DNA of 64,000 bases from Cyclobacteriaceae bacterium (GTDB lineage Bacteria; Bacteroidota; Bacteroidia; Cytophagales; Cyclobacteriaceae). The notes under the pieces were generated by a model. It had not been told where the DNA came from. It was given only the letters and a program-made list of their open reading frames with translations, and did no database searches. The DNA lies in assembly GCA_022841475.1 (NCBI GenBank), contig JALHRJ010000019.1, forward strand, positions 13,733 through 77,732. Reading direction: 5' to 3'. The position numbers and the translations under genes were made by a program. Of this stretch, positions 56,603-64,000 are shown piece by piece. The first letter of the stretch is position 1. Each line of letters opens with the position of its first letter.

Positions 56603-57763
56603 GTGCCCAAAGTATTACTCATCGAAGACGAAGCGAGCATCCGTGCCGTATTGAAAGATATCCTCAAAGACCAGAAAGAGTTAAAACTGGAAGTAGACGA
56701 AGCCAAAGATGGCGCAGAAGGACTTTCGAAACTTGAAAATGACCATTATGATGTTGTGTTCTGCGACATAAAAATGCCAAAGATGGATGGTATGGAAGTA
56801 TTGCAACAAGCAAAAGCAAAAGGTATCGCTTCCACATTTATTATGATCTCAGCCCATGGCACTACTGAAATTGCTGTGGACGCAACGAAGCTAGGTGCCT
56901 ACGATTTCCTGCAAAAGCCACCTGACCTCAACCGATTATTAATAACGCTGCGGAATGCGCTGGATAAAAATAGTCTTGTTACGGAAACGAAAACCCTGAA
57001 GAAAAAAATATCTCAAAAATTTGAGATCATCGGCAACTCAAAAGCCTTACAAGAAGTAAAGGAGATGATTGAAAAGGTTGCCCCGACAGATGCGCGTGTT
57101 CTCATTACGGGACCCAATGGATCAGGGAAGGAATTGGTAGCACGTCAACTACATGAGAAAAGCTCCCGCAACAACGGCCAGTTTGTAGAAGTGAACTGTG
57201 CCGCTATTCCATCAGAGCTAATTGAAAGCGAACTATTTGGTCATGAAAAAGGATCATTTACATCGGCCATTAAACAGCGGATTGGCAAATTCGAACAGGC
57301 CGAGGGAGGCACTCTCTTTCTTGATGAGATCGGGGATATGAGTTTGGCTGCGCAAGCCAAAGTATTGCGTGCCTTACAAGAATACAAAATAACCCGCGTT
57401 GGAGGCGACAAAGATATTACCGTGAATGTTCGGGTACTTGCCGCCACCAACAAAGACCTCAAAAAGGAAATTACTGAAAATAGATTTCGAGAAGATCTAT
57501 ATCATCGACTTTCCGTAATCGTGGTGAAGGTCCCTTCACTGAATGATCGCCTGGATGATATTCCCTTATTGGTAGATAAATTTCTGGATGTTATTGCTGC
57601 TGAATATGGATCGAAAAAGAAGGAAATAAAAAAAGAAGCTATAGAACTGCTTCAAAAGAACAACTGGACGGGAAATATCCGGGAATTGAGAAACGTAATA
57701 GAAAGGCTTGTAATTATGAGCGAAGGACCCATCGGACCCACGGAAGTGAAAAAATACCTGTGA
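56603..57763 (+). CDS. NtrC/NtrX-like response regulator (REC-AAA+) lacking C-terminal HTH
   Basis: GPNGSGKE, ESELFGHEKGSFTSA, FLDEIGD, WTGNIREL; ends PTEVKKYL; GTG start. Confidence 0.88.
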   Translation: MPKVLLIEDEASIRAVLKDILKDQKELKLEVDEAKDGAEGLSKLENDHYDVVFCDIKMPKMDGMEVLQQAKAKGIASTFIMISAHGTTEIAVDATKLGAYDFLQKPPDLNRLLITLRNALDKNSLVTETKTLKKKISQKFEIIGNSKALQEVKEMIEKVAPTDARVLITGPNGSGKELVARQLHEKSSRNNGQFVEVNCAAIPSELIESELFGHEKGSFTSAIKQRIGKFEQAEGGTLFLDEIGDMSLAAQAKVLRALQEYKITRVGGDKDITVNVRVLAATNKDLKKEITENRFREDLYHRLSVIVVKVPSLNDRLDDIPLLVDKFLDVIAAEYGSKKKEIKKEAIELLQKNNWTGNIRELRNVIERLVIMSEGPIGPTEVKKYL

Positions 57764-57768
57764 GCGAC

Positions 57769-57888
57769 TTAAATCCGGCTCTCAGATACGTTTTTCTTCA
57801 CCTCTTTCTTGCTATAGGTAGGGCAAGTATACTGGCTGCAAGAGGTCAGAAACGCTAGAAGTGCAACAAAAGCTAAGATTTTCTTCAT
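57769..57888 (-). CDS. 39-aa predicted lipoprotein/peptide
   Basis: Read by hand, absent from the ORF track: MKKILAFVALLAFLTSCSQYTCPTYSKKEVKKNVSESRI*; lipobox LTSC. Confidence 0.7.
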   Translation of the reverse strand: MKKILAFVALLAFLTSCSQYTCPTYSKKEVKKNVSESRI

Positions 57889-57978
57889 ATAAGTGGCTTT
57901 TATAAAAAACAAAAATATCAATCTTTTGAATTTCTACAAATTTAATATTCACAAATTGCTGTTTGGCGAAAAAAACGA

Positions 57979-58965
57979 CTACCCGACCAATAAATTACAA
58001 CCCCTCACATCACTATTATCAATCCTTCCAAGTACCTCAAAACTACCATTTTGGTCTATCCGGCCTAAATCCTGGGTTTCAATAAAGGCGCAGGAATGGA
58101 AATTTGCAAGGTCAATAACATTTAGCCCCCCAACTTTGCTATCAACGATCAAAAACGGGTCATTGATATCTCTGACCAGCACCTTCATCCAGGGGGGAGA
58201 TTGATAGTAACCTCCACCTTTTGAATAAGCCTGCGACATAAGTTCTGTCATGCCGTATTCAGAGTGCACGGCCTGAATGTTAAACCGTTTTGTGAGAAAA
58301 ATGTGTAGCTCTTCCCGTATCCACTCCCTTCTCCTGCCCTTCATTCCACCTGTTTCGAGCACGATACAATCATGCAAATCAAGCTCATATGCCTCCGCCA
58401 GATCAAGCAAAGCAAACGAAACTCCCCAAAGGATTACTTTTCGATCTGTACCCCTCAGCGTATTCAGCTTGTTTACCAAATCTGCCTGGTTGTGCAAATA
58501 GAATCCTGAATGAGGTGATTTGCTTTGCTTAATCAAATGATCCATCATAGCGATAAGGGACGATCCAGTCCGTTCCAGATAAGAAGGAAGCAACGCTAAG
58601 AAGTGAAATTGTTCTGTTGAGCCATAAAATTGTTTAAAGATGTTTTCTGATAAACTCAGATAGTACGAAAGGTCATTTACTGCATGCCGGCTTGTTACCA
58701 TTCCCGTGGTTCCACTACTTGTAAATTCAACCTGTGGTAGCCAGGTTCCGGTTTTAACTTCGTGAGTCTTAAAAAAACTGATTGGTAAAAATGGAATCTT
58801 CTGAATGGATGTTATCTCCTCTATTGGACATTCCAAATAAAGAAGATATCGATGGTAAACAGGGTTATTTTTCGCCTGAAAACGGAATAACCGGAGCGCA
58901 ATATCCTCAAAGTTCTCTTCGTTTATGGAATACAAAGTATCCCTAAAACTTTTGAATGTGTCCAA
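57979..58965 (-). CDS. LuxE/PaaK-like acyl-protein synthetase (acyltransferase)
   Basis: IPFLPISFFK, FTSSGTTG, ETGGMKG, SEYGMTEL, RGCNLL. Confidence 0.85.
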   Translation of the reverse strand: MDTFKSFRDTLYSINEENFEDIALRLFRFQAKNNPVYHRYLLYLECPIEEITSIQKIPFLPISFFKTHEVKTGTWLPQVEFTSSGTTGMVTSRHAVNDLSYYLSLSENIFKQFYGSTEQFHFLALLPSYLERTGSSLIAMMDHLIKQSKSPHSGFYLHNQADLVNKLNTLRGTDRKVILWGVSFALLDLAEAYELDLHDCIVLETGGMKGRRREWIREELHIFLTKRFNIQAVHSEYGMTELMSQAYSKGGGYYQSPPWMKVLVRDINDPFLIVDSKVGGLNVIDLANFHSCAFIETQDLGRIDQNGSFEVLGRIDNSDVRGCNLLVG

Positions 58966-58999
58966 GCGTTGTTTACTTTACAAAGGCTAAAGGTAGAAA

Positions 59000-59719
59000 A
59001 TGAGATTGATAAGAAGGCTGCTGTTGTTTGTGATTGTCGTTGTGGGGTTGAGTGCCTGTTTTGATCCACCCGAATATCCTGTACAACCACAAATTGAATT
59101 TGAAAGCATTGAATTTAAGGAATACGGATCGGGATTCGATTCAGAACCAGATTCACTCATCTTGGTAGTGTCATTTAAAGATGGCGATGGCGATCTGGGA
59201 TTGGATCCGGGTGAGCAGGGCTGTATCAGTGAAACAATTTGTTATAATAATAAATTTTACCGTAGAAAGTTGGATGGAAATCTAGTTACCTACAAGGATA
59301 AAAGAACCGATCCTAACTTTAGCTCATTACCAGAATTCGTTAAACCCTTCAATTGTATCAATTGGGAAGTTCGTAATGATAACAATGTGATTGATACGCT
59401 TTATTTTGAATTGAATCCTGATCACTATAACATCACGGTAGATTTTTTAGTAAAGAATCCTTCCAACGGAACGTTTGAAGAATTTGATTGGACCAAGGAA
59501 TTTACTTATCCGAATTGCGGGATTTCATTTGATGGTCGATTCCCAATATTATTTAAAGACAAACCCGGCTCCCCACTTGAAGGGAATATAAAATATAGTA
59601 TGGGGTCACTGGGTTTTAAAGCGCTATTCAGCATTAAAACATTAAAGCTCCGGATTCAAATAAAAGATCGCGCGCTGAACGAAAGCAATATAATCGAAAC
59701 CCCTGAGTTTACTCTTTAG
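59000..59719 (+). CDS. Hypothetical lipoprotein
   Basis: Lipobox GLSAC; FKDGDGDLG; IQIKDRALNESN. Confidence 0.7.
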   Translation: MRLIRRLLLFVIVVVGLSACFDPPEYPVQPQIEFESIEFKEYGSGFDSEPDSLILVVSFKDGDGDLGLDPGEQGCISETICYNNKFYRRKLDGNLVTYKDKRTDPNFSSLPEFVKPFNCINWEVRNDNNVIDTLYFELNPDHYNITVDFLVKNPSNGTFEEFDWTKEFTYPNCGISFDGRFPILFKDKPGSPLEGNIKYSMGSLGFKALFSIKTLKLRIQIKDRALNESNIIETPEFTL

Positions 59720-59722
59720 ACT

Positions 59723-62149
59723 CTAGTAGATTTTTGGATAGCGAAGAGGATCCGCTTCATTCAATAATGCATACACAGCATCGAACACATCCTCCGGATT
59801 AGGTTTAGAAAAATAATCTCCATCCGAACCATAAGCCGGGCGATGTTCTTTTGCTGTAATGGTCCTGGGTGTTGCGTCCAGGTATTGATAGGCTTGTTGA
59901 ACCTCCAGCACTTGCTGCATCATAAAGGCAGTCGCACCACCGGGCACATCTTCATCAGCAAATATTACCCGATTTGTTTTCTTCACAGATTCCACAAGAG
60001 TGTGGTTTACATCAAAGGGTAATAGGGATTGCACATCAATTACCTCACAGGAAATTCCTGTTGATTCCAGATCAGCCGCTGCTTCCATCACAATACGGCA
60101 CATCGACCCATAGGTAACAATGGTTACATCACTTCCCTCTCTCAACACTTCGGGTACGCCTACGGGCACCGTAAACTCGCCAATATTATCGGGCAATTTC
60201 TCTTTCAAGCGATACCCATTTAAACATTCGATAATCAACGCGGGATCATCCGATTGTAACATGGTATTGTAGAATCCAGCAGCTTGTGTCATATCACGCG
60301 GAACGAGTACAAGTATGCCACGAATAGCATGCAAAATCATGCCCATGGGCGATCCGGCATGCCATACACCTTCAAGTCTATGACCACGGGTGCGAATAAT
60401 TAACGGAGCCTTCTGACCTCCTTTGGTGCGATATTGAAGACAAGCCAGGTCATCAGACATTATCTGAATGGCATATAGCAGATAATCGAGATATTGAATC
60501 TCTGCAATGGGTCGTAAGCCGCGCAGAGCTGCTCCAATACCCTGCCCTATGATTGTACACTCCCGAATTCCGGTATCTGTAACTCGTAGTTCACCAAATC
60601 TTTCCTGTAAGCCTGCAAATCCCTGATTAACATCTCCAATCTTACCAACATCTTCTCCAAAAGCAAGTACCCGTGGATCGCGCTTCAACGCTTCTCTAAA
60701 ACAAGCTTGCAATACTTCCCGCCCATCCACCAGCGAAGATTTATCAGAGTAAACAGCCTCTATTTTTTCTACTTTACTGGCAGACCATTCTGAAGTGCTA
60801 TGCAAAAAAGAACTGTACCGATCTTCATTCGCCAGTTCATTCGTATGAATCCACTCTAATAAGTCCACACGGGATTGAGACGAACTATCGCGCAATACTC
60901 GCATGGCTTTCCGGGCAGCACGCATAGAATCTAACCGAAGCGGATTGATTGTCTTTTTCAGTTCTGTCAAGAGTTTACCAATTTCAGAATGCCCGGAAGT
61001 AGCACTTTCTAAAATTTGCTCTAACAATTTTTGATCCTGCTGAATATCTTCATTGAAAGCTTTCCAGGCTAGTTCTTTTGCGGACTTGGCGGTTGCCTTT
61101 GCTTCCTTTTCTATATCGATTAATTCTTCTGGTGACGAAACTCCATTTTCTAACATCCATTCCCGGAGCTTGCGAATACAATCATGCTCTGCCTCCCACG
61201 CAAGTCTTTCTTTGGGTTTATAGCGTTCATGCGAACCAGAGGTTGAATGCCCTTGTGGCTGGGTCATTTCTATAACATGAACAAGCACTGGCACATGCTC
61301 TTCCCGGCAAATCCTTTCAGCTTTTTCGTAGGTCTGGATAAGTGCCGGATAATCCCACCCACGGACAGTAAAAATTTCAAATCCTTTTTCCGTACTGGTA
61401 CGCTGAAAACCAGCTAATATCTTTGAGATGCTTCCTTTGGTTGTCTGGTATTCTTTTGGTACTGAAATTCCATAATCATCATCCCACACAGACATCAGCA
61501 TAGGCACTTGCAAAACCCCGGCTGCGTTAATCGCTTCGAAAAACATTCCTTCCGAAGTAGACGCATTACCAATGGTACCAAACGCGATTTCGTTCCCTTG
61601 ATTACTTAGCTCTTTATATACAGCGAGTGCTGGATTATTCTTAAAAAGTTTGGATGCGTAAGCTAATCCTACCAATCTCGGCATTTGCCCTGCAGTAGGA
61701 GAAATATCAGAACTACTGTTTTTTAATTGAGCAAGATTTTTGAATGCCCCGATGTCATCAATCATGCGCGTTGCGAAATGACCGTTCATCAGGCGCCCCG
61801 CTGAAGCAGGATCAGCTGCTACATCAGGATGTGCATATAACTGCGCGAAATATTCTTTTAAGGTTAGTTCACCAATTGCAAGCATAAAGGTTTGATCGCG
61901 ATAATAACCAGCGCGATGATCACCCTTGCGAAACACTTTTGCCATAGCAAGTTGAGCCAATTCTTTTCCGTCACCGAAAATGCCAAACTTAGCTTTACCC
62001 ATAAAGACTTCCTTACGACCCAGAATACTGGCTTCGCGACTTTCACATGCCAACTTATAATCTGCCAGCAGTGCAGAGATCTTTTTTGCGGATAATCCAC
62101 TAACCATTGTCTTTGATTGGCTCACATTAAATGGGTTGGTGATTGTCAA
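59723..62149 (-). CDS. 2-oxoacid dehydrogenase E1, fused alpha/beta subunits
   Basis: GNASTSEG TPP region, GHSTSGS, GEDVG, DTGIRE, EVIDVQSLLPF. Confidence 0.92.
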   Translation of the reverse strand: MTITNPFNVSQSKTMVSGLSAKKISALLADYKLACESREASILGRKEVFMGKAKFGIFGDGKELAQLAMAKVFRKGDHRAGYYRDQTFMLAIGELTLKEYFAQLYAHPDVAADPASAGRLMNGHFATRMIDDIGAFKNLAQLKNSSSDISPTAGQMPRLVGLAYASKLFKNNPALAVYKELSNQGNEIAFGTIGNASTSEGMFFEAINAAGVLQVPMLMSVWDDDYGISVPKEYQTTKGSISKILAGFQRTSTEKGFEIFTVRGWDYPALIQTYEKAERICREEHVPVLVHVIEMTQPQGHSTSGSHERYKPKERLAWEAEHDCIRKLREWMLENGVSSPEELIDIEKEAKATAKSAKELAWKAFNEDIQQDQKLLEQILESATSGHSEIGKLLTELKKTINPLRLDSMRAARKAMRVLRDSSSQSRVDLLEWIHTNELANEDRYSSFLHSTSEWSASKVEKIEAVYSDKSSLVDGREVLQACFREALKRDPRVLAFGEDVGKIGDVNQGFAGLQERFGELRVTDTGIRECTIIGQGIGAALRGLRPIAEIQYLDYLLYAIQIMSDDLACLQYRTKGGQKAPLIIRTRGHRLEGVWHAGSPMGMILHAIRGILVLVPRDMTQAAGFYNTMLQSDDPALIIECLNGYRLKEKLPDNIGEFTVPVGVPEVLREGSDVTIVTYGSMCRIVMEAAADLESTGISCEVIDVQSLLPFDVNHTLVESVKKTNRVIFADEDVPGGATAFMMQQVLEVQQAYQYLDATPRTITAKEHRPAYGSDGDYFSKPNPEDVFDAVYALLNEADPLRYPKIY

Positions 62150-62215
62150 AAATAGGGAAAAAGGAAGGAGGCATCAAAGCAAAAATTTTTACAATAGAAA
62201 ATACTGCGATTTCAC

Positions 62216-62581
62216 TCAATGTCCGAAGAATTTCACCCAGTCTCCGTGATGCACAGGCTGATAATTTGTTGCCTCTACATAAAGAAAAATTCCAATTGGT
62301 TCGCGATGAATAAAAATATCTGTGTAATAATAACCGGCATTCATTTCAATTTGAAAGATCTCCTTCTCAATAATTGGATCTGTTATTTTCATAATTTCAA
62401 TCAGTATTTTGCTTTGAGGATGCGTAGACTTAACCGCACAGGGATAGGATCCTAAAGAAAATAATTCATAGCCTGGCAGCCACATACTAAACTGATACAC
62501 GAGATTTGGATTAAACTCCTTGTACAATCTCATGCCCCGCCTTAATGAGCCGTAAAACGCATAGGTAGATTGGTGATTCAT
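62216..62581 (-). CDS. Gamma-glutamylcyclotransferase (AIG2-like) family protein
   Basis: YAFYGSLRRG, LGSYP, IFLY. Confidence 0.8.
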   Translation of the reverse strand: MNHQSTYAFYGSLRRGMRLYKEFNPNLVYQFSMWLPGYELFSLGSYPCAVKSTHPQSKILIEIMKITDPIIEKEIFQIEMNAGYYYTDIFIHREPIGIFLYVEATNYQPVHHGDWVKFFGH

Positions 62582-62629
62582 ATTCTATCAAAATGTAACA
62601 AAACAACTCCCGCAATCGTGTCCGAATGC

Positions 62630-62637
62630 TATCTTTG
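62630..62637 (+). promoter_or_regulatory. Bacteroidota -7 promoter element for ald
   Basis: TATCTTTG matches TAnnTTTG. Confidence 0.55.
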
Positions 62638-62704
62638 CGGTGGTTTTAAGGTCCCTCGCGACCCTAAAATCAATATCAAATTGCTAAAATAAAAATCCAC
62701 TATT

Positions 62705-63820
62705 ATGATAATCGGAGTTCCCAAAGAAATTAAGAATAATGAAAACCGGGTAGCTGTTACACCCGCAGGTACCCAGGAGTTTGTGCGAAAAGGTCATACC
62801 GTATATGTGCAAACCAAAGCTGGTGAAGGCAGTGGCTTTAGTGATGAAGAATACATTGGAGCCGGAGCCAAGATTCTTCCCAAAGCAGAAGATGTATTTA
62901 GCATTGCCGAAATGATTATTAAGGTGAAAGAGCCGATTGAACAAGAATATGGTTTGATTAAAAAAGACCAATTGGTATTTACCTATTTCCATTTTGCATC
63001 CTACGAACCATTGGCTCATGCCATGATTAAAACGGGTGCTGTGTGTCTGGCTTATGAAACTGTTGAGCGTCCTGATAGGAGTTTACCCTTGCTCATCCCG
63101 ATGTCAGAAGTAGCGGGCCGCATGGCCATTCAGGAAGGAGCAAAATATCTTGAGAAACCATTAAAAGGAAGAGGCATATTGCTCGGAGGTGTACCCGGGG
63201 TTATGCCAGCCAAAGTTTTGATCTTAGGTGGTGGTGTTGTTGGCAGCAATGCCGCGAAAATAGCAGCCGGCATGGGTGCTGATGTAATTATTACAGATGT
63301 AAACCTCAATCGTCTCCGTTACCTCGATGATGTTATGCCAAAGAATGTTCATACCATGGCTTCTAATGATTATGTTCTACGCGAACTGGTTAAGACGCAC
63401 GATTTAATAGTGGGTGGCGTGTTGATTCCAGGAGCCAAAGCACCCAAATTAATTACCCGAGATATGCTTAAAACGATGAGACCGGGCACCGTGTTGGTTG
63501 ATGTTGCAGTCGACCAGGGTGGATGTATTGAAACCTGCAAGCCCACCACACATGAAGATCCGACTTACATCATTGATGATATCGTGCACTATTGTGTTGC
63601 CAATATGCCTGGTGCCGTTCCGTATACATCAACGTTGGCACTTACCAACGCAACTCTTCCCTATGCATTAAAGCTTGCTAATGTAGGTTGGAAAAAAGCG
63701 TGTAAAGACCATGATGATTTACAGAAGGGATTAAATGTTGTGAGTGGCAAAGTTGTTTATAAGGCTGTAGCCGATTCATTTAATCTTCCGTATGTAGATG
63801 TGAAGGAAGTTTTGAACTAA
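62705..63820 (+). CDS. ald: Alanine dehydrogenase
   Basis: IGVPKEIKNNENRV, KVKEP, MSEVAGR, GGGVVG, DVAVDQGG, VANMPGAVP. Confidence 0.96.
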   Translation: MIIGVPKEIKNNENRVAVTPAGTQEFVRKGHTVYVQTKAGEGSGFSDEEYIGAGAKILPKAEDVFSIAEMIIKVKEPIEQEYGLIKKDQLVFTYFHFASYEPLAHAMIKTGAVCLAYETVERPDRSLPLLIPMSEVAGRMAIQEGAKYLEKPLKGRGILLGGVPGVMPAKVLILGGGVVGSNAAKIAAGMGADVIITDVNLNRLRYLDDVMPKNVHTMASNDYVLRELVKTHDLIVGGVLIPGAKAPKLITRDMLKTMRPGTVLVDVAVDQGGCIETCKPTTHEDPTYIIDDIVHYCVANMPGAVPYTSTLALTNATLPYALKLANVGWKKACKDHDDLQKGLNVVSGKVVYKAVADSFNLPYVDVKEVLN

Positions 63821-63843
63821 AGAAATAACTACATGACGAAAAA

Positions 63844-64000
63844 AGGCTGTCTCAAAAGTCTTTCGGTCATCGCGGGCCTGCCTGCGCGTAGCCGCTTCGG
63901 CAAAGGCAGGCATTGACCCGCGATCCAGTTTCTCAAGGTATGATAGGATTCCGGCTCAAGGCCGGAATGACATTTCAATTTTAATTGACTTTTGAGACTG
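63844..64000. mobile_element. Second copy of the MITE-like element, with a 34-bp insert, truncated by window edge
   Basis: AGGCTGTCTCAAAAGTC ... GTCATCGCGGG[34 bp]CATTGACCCGCGATCC ... GGATTCCGGCTCAAGGCCGGAATGAC ... TGACTTTTGAGAC. Confidence 0.75.

Noticed and set aside
62594-62621. TGTAAC-N17-CGTGT upstream of ald as a fourth ECF promoter
   Set aside because: The -10 match is poor and a good TAnnTTTG housekeeping element is adjacent.
580-63019. Numerous 60-145 aa ORFs on the opposite strand or alternative frames of long genes (e.g. 8926-9330, 27336-27773, 40667-41098, 55929-56177, 57893-58204)
   Set aside because: These are shadows of well-supported genes or of rnpB, with no recognisable motifs.

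Overview
A 64 kb chromosomal window that looks like Bacteroidota, probably Cytophagales. This is inferred from gene content, TAnnTTTG promoters and a Bacteroidota-type rnpB; it is not a database result. It holds about 55 mostly intact genes: a split Lhr/PdeM DNA-repair pair; a B12-dependent CarH-like regulator, an ECF sigma and carotenoid/photolyase genes in three blocks; a planctomycete-type cytochrome c/DUF1501/PSD1 module; a sigma-54-controlled MacB-type ABC/RND array; housekeeping genes (smpB, tsaD, tamB-like, rnpB, ald, fused 2-oxoacid dehydrogenase E1); and a decaying histidine kinase/response regulator/adenylate cyclase cassette. There is no CRISPR array, prophage, rRNA or tRNA. The most unusual layer is non-coding: several unrelated families of short palindromic elements. 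(1) A solo IS200-type HUH transposase is flanked by tandem-hairpin units, and a transposase-free inverted doublet of the same units lies about 5.5 kb away. (2) A MITE-like element with terminal inverted repeats carries a REP doublet (two copies). (3) Ultra-short 16-34 bp palindromes appear to have inserted into other hairpins: a REP loop, a predicted enhancer site, and two helices (P3, P9) of RNase P RNA. Also notable: an NlpC/P60 with Cys replaced by Ala at the catalytic position, and two small ORFs missing from the ORF track.
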